NCBI GenBank assembly: GCA_964016885.1
Contig: OZ024745.1
Location: 120,280,001-120,344,000, forward strand
Source of the DNA: Eledone cirrhosa
Taxonomy: Eukaryota
Direction: 5' to 3'
DNA length: 64,000 nt
Positions 1-13,454 of this stretch are shown one piece after another (the stretch's first letter is position 1; each line of letters begins with the position of its first letter). A model generated the notes under the pieces. The model was given only the letters and a program-made list of their open reading frames with translations, was not told the origin of the DNA and ran no database searches. The position numbers were made by a program, and so were the translations under genes.

Positions 1-44
1 AATTGTACCTAAAGTAGAAACATTCATTAGTGTTTTATTACTAA

Positions 45-230
45 TAATTGTTGCTACTTTTGGCACAAGGCCAGCAATTACCCCAGTGTATTACTGGTGC
101 TTTGTTTTATCGACCCCGTAAGTATGAAAGGCAAAGTTAACTTCGGAAAGATTTCAACTCTGAACGCAAAGGGCCATAACTCTATGTGCAAAGAATGGTG
201 TCTAACACTGCCAATTCTGTCAATCCGCTG
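45..230 (-). mobile_element. tRNA-derived SINE (window-dominant family), diverged copy
   Basis: Matches the consensus seen about 20 times in the window. Sense strand: ggattggcagtatcggtagagggtcggacgcc...gagttcaaatccc (B-box-like)...gcctttcatccttacggggtcgataaaataaagtaccag...ggccttgtgccaaaagtagaaacaattatta. Confidence 0.8.
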
Positions 231-429
231 CGATTGTAATCGTGTTTTATTACTATTAATATAGCGTGTTTACACTAACCAGAAGAGATGTGACCAATTC
301 AATGTTTAAAATAATGGAATCTAAAATATGTTTGGTCCGAATTTGTTCATCTATATTTGAGATCGGCAATAAAATAATTTTTATGATCTTTAACTGTTAT
401 GTGTGTTTCCTGTTATGCCATACATTTAT

Positions 430-1020
430 CGTCTATTTCTAAGGTGGTAGTTTCAGGTATAGAATGGTATTGCATCTGATATCAATAGTTGAGTAATATA
501 GATAATAAACACCATTGTCAAATTATGCAATTCTTCACAATAGACATTTGTTCGTCTGTAATCAAAACCCTTTTCCAGAACGCTTTAAAATTCTGTGTAA
601 GATTGTCACAATTAGGGATTAGGATAATAAGACTATTGTGCATGTTAGGAAATCTTTACTATTGTAAGCTAATTGTTTGGGTGAATTAGACGTTGAGATG
701 AAATATTGTTTCATGCAGTTATGAGTTCATACAGTTAATAGGCTTGTACAGATTAGACTTACTTCCGAATAGATCTTGTAATGATGAACTATCCATTTTG
801 CATATTATAAAGGACAATAAAATAAATGCTATAATAAATATTTTCATTAAGATATTCAAAGGGTTAGATTTAAAGATCACGGCTGATACGTATTTAACCT
901 TAGTTTCCGAGATAAAATTTGAGATTTAGGCTATCATTATCATAAACCCCAAAACAAACGTCTATATATGAATTCCTATCATGTTTCTAATTAATAATCT
1001 AGAGAGGCCTTATCCTCTAG
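430..1020 (+). pseudogene. Degenerate Penelope-like RT fragment (same lineage as 33.8-37 kb element)
   Basis: Fragments NKHHCQIMQF, GLYRLDLL and KIFKGLDLKITADT align by eye, in the same order, to NKEHCRFIQF, GLYRDDGLL and AFFKGFNLSIQVET of the 34-35 kb element; many stops. Confidence 0.6.
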
Positions 1021-1044
1021 TGAAGAATCAACAGTAAAGGTCAT

Positions 1045-1432
1045 TATTATGGATAAGCAGTATCGGCAGAGGGACGGACGCCATGCTTTGCAGCATAGAG
1101 TTACAGCCCTTTACGGTCTGAGTTCAAATCCCGCCGAGGTCAACTTTGCCTTTCATCCTTACGGGGTCGATAAAATAAAGTACCAGTAATGTACTGGATT
1201 AATTGCTGGGCTTGTGCCAAAAGTAGAAACAATTATTACAATGGCACAATGTTGGATGGATTAACAGTAACTCTATTCCTTGCAGCATAGAGTTATGACC
1301 CTTTATGTTATGAGTTCAAAGCCCGCCGAGGTTGGCTTTGCCTTTTATCCTTACGGGATCGATAAAATAAAGTACCAGTAATGCACTGGGATAATTGCTG
1401 GCCTTGTGCCAAAAGTGGAAACAATTATTACA
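1045..1432 (+). mobile_element. Two tandem tRNA-SINE copies (about 1045-1240 and 1280-1432)
   Basis: Both contain gagttcaaa..cccgccgaggt, the central gcctttcatccttacggggtcgataaaataaagtaccag block and the gaaacaattatta tail. Confidence 0.85.
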
Positions 1433-1662
1433 ATGGCGACAATAAGCGACAATGGCATCAAACATAAAATCTATCACAAACACATATAATATTCTGAAAC
1501 GCAAAGGTAGGAAACAAAATAATATACAATAATAGACCACCTCTGACCCCTTGTGTCACGTTCACTTCAAAATATTTTTTTAAATCATTTTCACAAAAAA
1601 TAATTTTTAAATAATTAAAATATACACAAACATTTATATAATGTGAAATGAAACTGGAAGGC

Positions 1663-1664
<2 letters not shown>

Positions 1665-1740
<76 letters not shown>

Positions 1741-1795
1741 GTGTGTACACATATATATATAAATGTATGTGTGTATATACATATACATATATATC
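1665..1795. repeat. (TA)n microsatellite
   Basis: Direct observation. Confidence 0.95.
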
Positions 1796-2129
1796 GCAAT
1801 GTTCAATTTGTCAAGGTATTTAAACGTATGTTATTACTGTAAGTACTTATTGAGTGCTTTGCTAGTCAGCTAATTTACAGTTAAAACTAAAAATCCCAGC
1901 AGAGGGCACAAATAAATTGCTACGGTTGTCGCTTGTGGGGCTCCTTTGTGGGAGGGAATATTGTACTCTTAGTCGTTTAATGCCATGGAAACCGGGAAGA
2001 GGATCAGCCTGATGAATCTCCGGGTTTGAGATAGACTCTGAGTTCAAATCTCGCCGCCGAGATCAACTTTACTTTTCATCTTTCCTGGGTCAATGGATCG
2101 ATAAAATAAAGTATCAGTTAAGTAGAGGG

Positions 2130-2301
2130 GTGGTGGTGATGGTGGTGATAGTAGTGGTTCTGGTGGTGATGGTGGTAGTGGTGGTAGTGGTGATGGTGGT
2201 GGTAGTGGTGATGGTGGTACTGGTGGTGGTAGTGGTGGTGATGGTGGTGGTGGTGATGGTGGTGCTAGTGGTAGTAATAGTAATAGTCGTGGTGCTGGTG
2301 C

Positions 2302-2372
<71 letters not shown>

Positions 2373-2373
2373 A
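2130..2373. repeat. (GGT/GAT)n then (TAG)n trinucleotide microsatellite
   Basis: Direct observation. Confidence 0.95.
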
Positions 2374-2375
2374 TA

Positions 2376-2530
2376 GAAACGTAGAACAACCACGTCTATG
2401 CAATGATACACGTTTTACAGTCAGGCAGAAGATGAACCATCTCCTAGGGGTCACTATTCTAGGTGGGAGCACCTAGAATTGTTCATTTACTATGCACAAA
2501 CGGTACAACGAAGAATCTGCTATTTATGGA
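2376..2530 (+). pseudogene. Helitron Pif1-type helicase fragment
   Basis: Translates EQPRLCNDTRFTVRQKMNHLLGVTILGG, resembling the Helitron/Pif1 motif PRLCNGTRL...ATILTG. A second copy lies at 32700-32850 (-) inside an element with Helitron ends. Confidence 0.65.
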
Positions 2531-2799
2531 AGATATGCCCTTTCTAGCAGCTCGTCCCTCAGACACCACTGGTTCACTGCCTAAACACGCTGTGACATCT
2601 CTCTCCCGTGTGTAGCTGGACGGTCGCTTTAGATTCTCTTAGAGTTGTCTGAAATGTATAGCCTTACACACGATGATGAACCATGGGCTATTTCATTTCA
2701 GTCAACAACTTATTGGCGAAACAGATCTCTTTGGATTTGTACGCGTGTGTTATATAGTTATAGAGGTACGTATGTAGACTTTAATTTATGTACACTTTA

Positions 2800-3955
<1,156 letters not shown>

Positions 3956-3956
3956 T

Positions 3957-4028
3957 GAGTTTCAGAAGATCCCGTTAAGGGTGAAAGCAGCGGTTATTTG
4001 CTTAAACTTTAATCTTTTATTTTAATAA

Positions 4029-4030
<2 letters not shown>
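3957..4030 (+). mobile_element. Isolated 3' terminus of the 33.8-37 kb PLE, consisting almost only of the HHR-like motif
   Basis: Near-identical to 36968-37040 and 63729-63800; flanked by (TA)n on both sides. Confidence 0.8.
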
Positions 4031-4074
<44 letters not shown>

Positions 4075-4136
4075 GACCGCTCTACAAAATCAGTTCCTGA
4101 TTGTTACTGGAATTCTATAAGAATCCAACACACATA

Positions 4137-4231
4137 ACTTTCGGTAGACAGGGAGAGTAGTGAGTTTTGATAAGTACCAAAAAGTACGAAACAGAGCTGT
4201 CAACTTATCTCCCCCTGTCTGCCGAAAATTT
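4137..4231 (+). ncRNA. Hammerhead ribozyme, U3-A8 core variant (copy 1)
   Basis: agtt-TTGATAA-gtac caaaaa gtac-GAAA-cag ag ctg-TC-aact; extended stem I ttcggtagacaggg/ccctgtctgccgaa. Confidence 0.7.
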
Positions 4232-4475
4232 AAGTAAGCGACAATGTCGCTACTTGAAAACAATAGCGTATTGTCTGCAATTATAACTGATTATTATAAC
4301 TGATTATAACTGATTATTACTGGAAATCTAAGTAATAATCAGTTATATGAATATATCAGTCATATATATATCGCTATCCAGAGCACCAATTCTAATTTTC
4401 AATTTCTGCTTGACAACCGCTCTGTATAATCAGTTCCTGATTATTACTGGAATTCTATAAGAGTCAAACATTCAT

Positions 4476-4572
4476 AATTTTCAGCAAACAGGCAGAGTAG
4501 TTAGCTTTGATAAGCACCAAAAAGTGCGAAACAGAGCTCTGTCAGCTTTATCTCCCCTGTTTGCTGAAAATT
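4476..4572 (+). ncRNA. Hammerhead ribozyme, U3-A8 core variant (copy 2)
   Basis: agct-TTGATAA-gcac caaaaa gtgc-GAAA-cagagctctg-TC-agct; extended stem I aattttcagcaaacagg/cctgtttgctgaaaatt; compensatory changes relative to copy 1. Confidence 0.75.
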
Positions 4573-4707
4573 GAAGTAAATGAGACTGTCACTACTCTAA
4601 AACAATAGCGTAAGGTCTTCGAAATGCTTTGAATTAAGCATACAGTGTATTGCAAAATACACTATATATACATTCATATATATATCGCTATTCCAGAGCA
4701 CCAATTC

Positions 4708-4753
<46 letters not shown>

Positions 4754-5077
4754 GATACATTGCGTGTATTTGTGATGTGTGTATGTGTGTGTGGTCATCG
4801 TTGATGGATGTGTGTTTGCGTGTGTGTTTGCGTGCGCCTGTGATTTTTTTATCTAGCTTTTGTGTGTCTGTGTGTGTACATGTTTGTGTGTGTATGTGTA
4901 TGTGAATATACACGAGTGTGTTTGTGGATTCTTTATGCACAACTGTACTACACACACTCACACTCATATATATATGTGTGTGTGTGTTTATACATGTATT
5001 TATGTATGTATCTATATATATATATATACATACATATAAATATATAAATATTTATATATAATGTCTTTATATATATA

Positions 5078-5266
5078 TAATTGTTTCTACTTTTGGCACA
5101 AGGCCAGTAATTACTCAGTGTATTACTGGTACTTTATTTTATCGACCCCGTAAGGATGAAAGGCAAAGTTAACCTCGGCGGGATTTGAACTCAGAATGGC
5201 AAGGGTCGTAACTCTATGCGTCAAAGCATGGCGTCCGACCCTCTACCGATACTGCCAATCCACCGT
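5078..5266 (-). mobile_element. tRNA-derived SINE, full length
   Basis: Consensus match; flanked by repeated gtctttatatatata (putative TSD). Confidence 0.9.
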
Positions 5267-5438
5267 CTTTATATATATAATGTCTTTTAATAATGTCTTC
5301 GTTGTGAAATATGTGGTCTTGTTTTGCTTAACTAATGAATATATATATTTATATTTATATATATATATATGTGTGTGTGTGTGTGCGTGAGTGTGTGTGT
5401 ACACCCACATATATATTTATTTATTTATTTATATACTT

Positions 5439-5768
5439 ATACGATATTAATAAATGGAAACTATATTTATAAAACCATATTTATTTCATTATACATATTT
5501 CAGGGATACCAAATTAAATTATGGTATGCCTTCATCAGACAAAATACAATATATAACAGTTTTACAAATAAGCTTTGACGTACCCTTTTAAAATGCAACC
5601 ATTATTTTTGGAAGCCATCCGGATAGTGAGTTGTTTATATTATTTTAATAAGTCATAGTGTATTTTGTCTGATGAAGGCATACCATAATTTAATTTAGTA
5701 TCCCTGAAATATGTATAATGAAATAAATATGGTTTTATAAATATAGTTTCCATTTATTAATATCGTAT
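5439..5768. repeat. Inverted repeat (arms about 5439-5552 and 5656-5768), one HHR per arm
   Basis: Arms are near-perfect reverse complements. Plus-strand HHR 5663-5723: ttttgt-CTGATGA-aggcatacc..gtatccct-GAAA-tatgta-TA-atgaaa. Mirror copy at 5484-5544 (-). Confidence 0.85.
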
Positions 5769-5853
5769 ATCTACTCCAAATACTTGTCGAGTGCTTTATA
5801 TCAGTTATAAAAATATTTACTTGTTGTATCCCAACAATTTTAAATAGAACTTT

Positions 5854-5879
<26 letters not shown>

Positions 5880-5889
<10 letters not shown>

Positions 5890-6739
5890 TGTGGTTGTCT
5901 GTCTGTCTATCGATTTTTGGCACACATCTCCTCTTAGAATCTCTCACGGAATTGCACCGAAATTGCTATACTTGTACATTGAGCCCTAGCGAAGACATCG
6001 GAAAAAAAATATTTCAAATTGACCCACCCTATGTGACGAAATCGAATATAATGTATCGATTTTTGAGCGTAAGTTATCAGTTATTTCCCTTTGTTCTGTT
6101 TACATTGAGCGTCTTACGTAAAAAATTACGCTGGCTTTCTCACACGAACAGTTGTCGAGCCAGCAAAATATTGACCTGCAAAATTCATCAGTTCGAACAC
6201 TAAGCTTCCGTTTTGCTTCATTTCCATTTAAAAGCATTTTAAAACAATATTTTTACTTGAAAACAAGTCTATTTAAAGACTACGTAAAACAAGCAAATAT
6301 TTCAGGCGTGCAGACAGACAGTCGTGCAGAGAGGTGATATAGGCGTGCAGACAGACAGTCGTGCAGAGAGGTGATATAGGCGTGCAGACAGACAGTCGTG
6401 CAGAGAGGTGATATAGGCGTGCAGACAGACATAATAACTGATAATTTGGTTACGCTAATGTTTTTCTCTGCGTTGCAGTGTTTACATTTTCGATCTTTGT
6501 TAATAAATAACCAGTGCAGTTTCTATCCCCAACATCCTCTTTTGTTATAACATTCGGGTTATCGTTATGTTTTCTTAACTTCATAAGGCATATTGTTGGT
6601 TGAGGGAATATTAATCAAAAACACTACATGCAAGTCTGCACAGTAGACACTACAGTTTTTAAGCCAAAAAAGAAACTTAACATTGTAACTTTAACACAGC
6701 TACTGAGCGACCCCGAGCAACGCCGGGCTTTACTGCTAG
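5880..6739 (+). mobile_element. Non-autonomous Helitron-like element with internal 37-bp minisatellite (6304-6430)
   Basis: 5' tatataaaactg..tgtctgtctgtc; 3' GC hairpin cccgagcaacgccggg then CTAG|T; about 3.5 copies of aggcgtgcagacagacagtcgtgcagagaggtgatat. Confidence 0.75.
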
Positions 6740-7216
6740 TATTTTATAAAGAAGAGCTGCTTTAGAGCCTAGTTTTCTATCATACTGCCCCTATATCTGA
6801 AAGACAGTCCTCTGGAGTGGTTTCCTTTGGCTTTTTCCAAGTATGATAATCAACGATGAGAAAATGGAAATGAAAACTGCTAACAACATTCTCTTTCTAG
6901 AGGCGGTAGATGTATGAATGTTGTTTAGCTTGCCTGATAAATAGATATGTTCACACACACACACACATAAGCACACACATACACAAACGTATATACATGC
7001 ACACGCTCACACAAATACATGCAGACACTCACTCGTCTGTACATACGTACATAAGCATTCGTGCACACACATAGACAAACATGCATGTAGATATATAGCA
7101 GTTACACACACACACATACAGAGTTACACACACACACACACATATATATAACTTTCACTAAACTGACTCTTTGTCAACAGACTAACTTGTTATTATAACT
7201 TGTATTCTAATGATTT

Positions 7217-7253
<37 letters not shown>

Positions 7254-7337
7254 GTATATATATATACACTATATTGTATAAAATATATGTATGAATATAT
7301 ATATATATTGTTATACTTGGGGAGGGTTATATTGTAA

Positions 7338-7458
7338 TAATTGTTTCTACTTTCGACACAAGGCCAGTAATTACCCAGTACGTTACAGGTACTTTATTTT
7401 ATCGACCCCGTAAGGATGAAAGGCAAAATTAACCTCGACGGGATTTGAACTCAGAATG
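7338..7458 (-). mobile_element. 5'-truncated tRNA-SINE with target-site duplication
   Basis: Consensus match; gttatattgtaataat is repeated at both ends. Confidence 0.85.
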
Positions 7459-7564
7459 TTATATTGTAATAATATTGCTAGAAATAATTACAGAACATAC
7501 TCACTGTTTGGTTGGTTTTCGCTTCTGTATCTTTTATATCTCCATAGTTAATTTATTTGGCAAT

Positions 7565-9976
7565 CAATAAAAAACGGATACCCAAATAAAAAATGGTTCA
7601 ACAAATAACGGGAGCCCCCCCCCCCAATAAAAAATGCATCCCCAAATAAAAGACGGATCCCCCCAAATAAGAAACGGAGCCCCCCAATAAAAAAATGGAT
7701 TCCCCCAAATAAAAAACGGATCACCCCCAGATAAAGAGCGGACACCAAATTAAAACGGATCCGCCAAATAAAAAACGGAGACCCCAAATAAAAATAGATC
7801 ACAAAATAAAAAACGGGACCCCTCCCCCCCAAAAAATAAAAAAATGGATCGCCAAATAAAAAACGGATCCCCCCCAAATAAAAAACGGATCCCCCCAAAT
7901 AAAAAACGGATACCCCAAATAAAAAACTAACCCCAAATAAGAAACGGATCCGCCCAAATAAAAATGGATCACAAAATAAAAAACGCGACCCCCCCAAATA
8001 AAAAATGGATCGCCAAATAAAAATCGGAGCCCCCGAAAAAACGGATCCCCCCAAATAAAAAACGAATCCACCCCCAATAAAATATGGATCCCCCAAATAA
8101 AAAAAGGAACCCAATAAAAAAGGTATCCTCCCCAAATAAAAAACGAATGTCCCCAAATTAAAAACAGATCCCCCCCCCCCAAATAAAATCGGAGCTCATC
8201 CCCCATAAAAAAAGGATACCCCCCAATAGAAAATGGATTCCCCAAATAAAAAACGGATCCCCCAAATAAAAAACGGATCCCCCAAATAAAAAATGGACAC
8301 CCAAATAAAAAACGGACCCCTCCAAATAAAAAAATGAATCACCAAATAAAAAAGGGAACCCTCCCCAATAAAAAAGGATACCCCAAATAAAAAAACGGAT
8401 CCACCCATATAAAAAACGGACCCCGCCCAATAAAAATGGACCCCCAAATAACAAACGCATCACCCAAATAAGAAACGGACCCCCAAATAAAAAACGGATC
8501 CCCCCAAATAAAAAAGGAGCCCTCCCCAATAAAAAAGGATACCGCCCCAATATAAAAGGTTCCTCCAAATGAAAAACGGATCCCTCCCAAATATAAAATG
8601 GACCCCCAAATAAAAAACGGCCCCTCCAAATAAAAAATGGATCACAAATAAACCCCCTGCCCACCCTAAACAAAAAACTGAGCCCCCCAATAAAAAATGG
8701 ATCGCCCCAAATAAAAAACGGTTCACCCAAATAAAAAACGGATGCCCCCAAATAAAAAACCGATCTCCCCGAATAAAAAACGGACCCCAAATAAAAAACG
8801 GAAGCCCCCCAAATAAAAAACGGACCCCACCCAATAAAAAAAGGACCCCCAAATGAAAAACGAATCCCCCCAAATATAAAACGGATGCCCCCAAATAAAA
8901 ATCGGACCCCCCTCAAAAAATGGATCCCCCCCAAATAAAAATGGGATCCCCAAATAAAAACGGATCCGCCCCGAATAAAAAACGGACCCAGCCCCCAATA
9001 AAAAACGCACCCCCAAATAAAAAACGGATCTCCCCCAAATGAAAAACGGACCCCCATATAAAAGCCGGATGGCCCCAAATAAAAAACGGATCCACCCCCC
9101 AAAAAAAAACCGGATCCCCCAAATAAAAAACGGACCACCAAATAAAAAACGGATCCGCCCAAATAAAAAACGGACCCCCCCCCCCCCCAAATAAAAAACG
9201 ATATCCCTTCCAAATAAAAAATGTATCACCAAATACAAAACGGATCCCTCCGAAATAAAAAACGGAACCCCAATTAAAAAACGGATCCTCCCCAAATAAA
9301 AAACGGATCTCCCCCAAATGAAAAACGGACCCCAAATAAAAAACGGATGCCCCCCCCAATAAAAAGGATCCCCCCCAAATGAAAAACGCATCCGCCAAAT
9401 AAAAAACGGATACCCCAAATAAAAAATGGATCACAAAATAAAAAACGGGACCCCTCCCAAATAAAAATTGGATCCCCAAATAAAAACGGATCCCCTCCAA
9501 ATAAAAACGGATCCCCCCAAATAATAATCTGACCCACCCCAAAAAACGCATCCCCCAAATCAAAAGCGGACCCCCAAATAAAAAACGGATCCCCAAAGAA
9601 AAAACGGATCCCCCAAAATAAAAAAGGATCCCCCCAAATAAAAAACGGATCCCTCCAAATAAAAATCTGACCCACCTCAAAAAACGCATCCCCCAAATCA
9701 AAAACGGACCCCCAAATAAAAAACGGATCCCCAAATAAAAAACGGATCCCCAAATAAAAAACGGATCCCCCCAAATAAAAAAAGGATCCCTCCAAATAAA
9801 AAACGGAGCCCCAAATAAAAACGGATCCTCCCCAAATAAAAAACGGATCTCCCCCAAATGAAAAACGGACCCCCAAATAAAAACCGGATCCCCCCCCCCC
9901 CCCAATAAAAAACAGGCACCCAAATAAAAAACGAATCCCCCAAATAAAAAAAAAACGGATTCCCCCCAAATAAAAA
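7565..9976. repeat. Degenerate 18-21-bp minisatellite, about 2.4 kb, consensus CCCCAAATAAAAAACGGAT
   Basis: Direct observation; variable C-run and A-run lengths; strongly strand-skewed. Confidence 0.95.
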
Positions 9977-10009
9977 GTAAAGACGTGATGCTGCAAATGT
10001 CTAGTAATA

Positions 10010-10620
10010 ATAATTGTTTCTACTTTAGGCACAAGGCCAGCAATGACCCAGTACATTACTGGTACTTTATTTTATCGACCCCGTAAGGATGAAAGGCAAA
10101 GTTAACCTGGCGGGATTTGAACTCAGATCGTAAAGGGCCGTAACTCTATGCTAGAAAGCATGGCGTCCAACCCTCTATCGATACTGCCAATTCACCGCCC
10201 TTTCTAGTAATAATAATGATTTCTGATTTAAGCACAAGGCCAGCAATTTTGGGGCGAGGGGAAAATCGATTAACTCGACCCCAGTGCGTGACTGATACTT
10301 TATTTTACCGACCCTGTAAGGATGAAAGGCAAAGTTAACCTCGGCGGGATTTTATCTCAGTTCGTAAAGGGGGCCGTAACTCTATGCTGGAAAGCGTGGC
10401 GTCCGACCATCTACCGATACTGCCAATAGTAATTGTTTCTACTTTTGGCACAAGACCAGCAATTACCCATTACATTACTGGTACTTTATTTTATCGACCC
10501 TGTAAGGATGAATGGCAAAGTTAACCTCGGCGGGATTTGAACTCAGAATGGCGAGGGCCGTAACTCGATGCTGCAAAGCATGGTGTCCGTCCCTCTACCA
10601 ATACTGCCAATCCACCGCCC
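10010..10620 (-). mobile_element. Three tandem tRNA-SINE copies (about 10010-10200, 10215-10428, 10430-10620)
   Basis: Three consecutive consensus matches; the middle copy is the longer subfamily with ggggaaaatcgatt..cgaccccagtgcgtg. Confidence 0.9.
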
Positions 10621-11289
10621 CTTCACATAGACATTCATACAAACGTGTATACATCTCTCTTCTATTTATGTTTTAGAGTTAGAACGAAAATTGTCAGTAG
10701 AATTAAGGACAAATATTCTGAATTATTTCTTTAAATATATTTCAGAATTATTTCAAGATTTCCTTCCACCCTTCAACCTACAGACGCCTTATTTTTTTTA
10801 TCACTGCAACCTTTCGGGTATTAAAGTATTTCTTAATTTCTCTAACATATGTGAAAGTTTTAAGTGATAAGATTTTAAAATTTTTATTTTCTTATTTTTT
10901 TATTTTCCTATTCTTATAACGAAAGTAAAATCTAAGAGAATTCGTGTCGCGAAAGACTAGCTTGGAAATTTAACATAAGTAAATATTAAATCGTTAAGTA
11001 GTTTTACAGACGGCATAGATCAGTGTTAGACAGACTAAGTAGATATTAAAATTGCCTCGTATTTGTCGATAAGGCTCAACAGATCGATAAATATTGTACA
11101 CGATTAGAAATCTTTAATTAATCCATGAAGAAACTTAAAAAGAAATTTTAGGATTTTTAGCCGTTTAAATCTAATCATAACTTATTCTTTAATGCTTAAA
11201 AAATATATACATATGTGTACATATACACACACGTGTGTGTATATGTACACGTATATACATAAACACAAACACGGTACAGTGGCATATAC

Positions 11290-11535
11290 CAGTGTATTAC
11301 TGGTGCATTATTTTATGGATCCCGTAAGGATGAAAGGCAAAGTTAACCTCGGCTAGATTTGAACACAGAACGTAAAGGGCCATAACTCTATGCTTCAAAG
11401 CATGCTGTCAGACGCTCTACTGATACTGCCAATCCACATCTAAATTAATTTTTTCTACTTTAGGCACAAGGCCAGTAATTTTTTTAAGGGGAGGGGAAAG
11501 TCGATTTAATCGATCCCAGTGCGTTTCTGGTGCTT
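11290..11535 (-). mobile_element. tRNA-SINE copy plus adjacent partial copy
   Basis: Consensus match. Confidence 0.8.
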
Positions 11536-11864
11536 CAATAGACTAACAGCAAGGTATACGATGCTGATGACAGCTAATAAGCTAGAAACTAGTTCATTGT
11601 TCTTTTGTCAGTGTTGAACAAAAGGACAACGATGGTTGCCGAACACTGTACGGCTTAATTCGCACTGTTTGTTTACAAACAAACCGAACATTATAATAAA
11701 TGTTCAGTAAACCCATACGTACATATATATATATGTGTGTGCATGTATGTATATACATACTACTGTACGTCTGTATACATTTATGTATGTACGTATACAT
11801 ACTTACATATATATATATATATATAAATGACAAAATAAGATGATGAGGTTATATATATCATTTG

Positions 11865-11941
11865 ATCATTATAAATATTTCCACGGTTCTCCATGCAATC
11901 GAGATGCATTTGCTGTTATGAGAACGGTATCCTCAGATGAT
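11865..11941 (-). ncRNA. Minimal type I hammerhead ribozyme
   Basis: Reverse complement: atcat-CTGAGGA-taccgttctc..gagaaccgtg-GAAA-tattta-TA-atgat. Confidence 0.7.
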
Positions 11942-12074
11942 AACCGATATGTTTGATATGTCGCTGGAAGGAAAAAACACACGTCCTAATGTATGTAACT
12001 CCATCGTAACTAATAAGTACGATTGTTGAGAGCTTTCTCCTGCTTACTCTTGTTTTTACCAAAACAATCTCTTC

Positions 12075-12160
<86 letters not shown>

Positions 12161-12165
<5 letters not shown>

Positions 12166-12493
12166 AGATCAAAAGATGGTTAAAGGAGTTCCATGTATTT
12201 TATTATGCGCATTTCAAAAACAAACATCATCATGCAATAATATTTGTGTTTTCATCAGATAAAACAGGAGAACATGATATGAAGGCTAAAAAACACTTGT
12301 GGATAGTGCAGTTTTAAATCTACATATCTAGATTTAAAACTGCACTATCATCCACAAGTGTTTTTTAGCCTTCATATCATGTTCTCCTGTTTTATCTGAT
12401 GAAAACACAAATATTATTGCATGATGATGTTTGTTTTTGAAATGCGCATAATAAAATACATGGAACTCCTTTAACCATCTTTTGATCTTATAT
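12161..12493. repeat. Near-perfect palindrome (arms about 160 bp), one HHR per arm
   Basis: Plus-strand HHR 12390-12456: ttttat-CTGATGA-aaacacaaat..gtttgttttt-GAAA-tgcgca-TA-ataaaa; mirror at 12198-12264 (-). Other family copies at 12727-12890 (core mutated to cttatga) and 41658-41820. Confidence 0.9.
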
Positions 12494-12514
12494 TATGCAT
12501 ACTCCAGTCCTACA

Positions 12515-12582
12515 AACTGTAGAGTGCTTCTTATCCGATATCTGCATTGCTTTATTGTACTACAATAAAACTCACCTCCTAC

Positions 12583-12659
<77 letters not shown>

Positions 12660-12727
12660 GTAGGAGGTGAGTTTTATTGTAGTACAATAAAGCAATGCAG
12701 ATATCGGATAAGAAGCACTCTACAGTT
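12515..12727. repeat. 69-bp inverted repeat enclosing a (TA)n tract
   Basis: aactgtagagtgcttc..cacctcctaca (TA)n tgtaggaggtg..gaagcactctacagtt. Confidence 0.9.
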
Positions 12728-12881
12728 GATTTAAAACTGCACTATCCACAAGTGTTTTTTAACCTTCATATCATGTCTTCCTATTTTATCTTATGAAAAC
12801 ACAAATATTATTGCATGATGATATTTGTTTTTGAAATGCGCATAATAAAATACATGGAACTCTATTTAACCATCTTTTGTT

Positions 12882-12944
<63 letters not shown>

Positions 12945-12947
<3 letters not shown>

Positions 12948-13082
12948 TCCAGAATTAGCCGTCGAAACGGCTTGAGCTCAGCCGTCGGGGTCCTACTCGT
13001 TCCTATTACCCACTCTACTACCCTAAGTATTGAGTACTTTGGTGCGTTATGGTCCACCTGGTTCCTTACCACATTTCCTTCG

Positions 13083-13086
<4 letters not shown>
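12945..13086 (+). mobile_element. About 140-bp (TA)n-inserted hairpin module (dispersed family)
   Basis: tagtccagaa.tagccgtcgaaacggcttgag...ccttaccaca; other copies at 38046-38249, 38780-38860, 49623-49747 and 57545-57630. Confidence 0.75.
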
Positions 13087-13123
<37 letters not shown>

Positions 13124-13395
13124 GAAGAGATTGGTAAAAACCATTATGTAAAAACCATTTGGTAAAAACCATTATTACGATACACCACGTGGTATGCTGG
13201 GAAACTTAGGATTGCATGGAATCACAACCCCACAGATATGATACGGAGGTATTGATCACGGCAGGAGACTGGAGTAGATGGTATTGTAATCGTAAGGGGT
13301 AACACGGACGAATGGAACACGTAGATACATGTATGTATGTACATATTATATATATATATCTGTGTGTGCGTGTGTACTTGGGTCTATGTAGACTT

Positions 13396-13454
<59 letters not shown>

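Larger units (their letters stand above)
4075..4712 (+). mobile_element. Diverged tandem dimer (about 340-bp unit) of a hammerhead-bearing retrozyme-like repeat
   Basis: accgctct recurs at about 4076 and 4416; each unit has an HHR fold; shares catatatatcgctat..cagagca..aatttctgc..caaccgctct..cagttcctg..attctataag with the 310-bp array; (TA)n on both sides. Confidence 0.8.

Noticed and set aside
5160-5266. tRNA gene call for SINE heads
   Set aside because: A/B-box-like motifs are present but there is no complete cloverleaf, and the head is always fused to the SINE body.
7565-9976. CRISPR-like array
   Set aside because: No unique spacers, degenerate units, eukaryotic context and no cas genes.
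7548-10056. Overlapping F/G/W-rich ORFs on the minus strand
   Set aside because: All three frames are open because of the minisatellite composition.
11205-11260. Short palindrome around cacacacgtgtgtg
   Set aside because: Explained by adjacent CA/TG/TA simple repeats.
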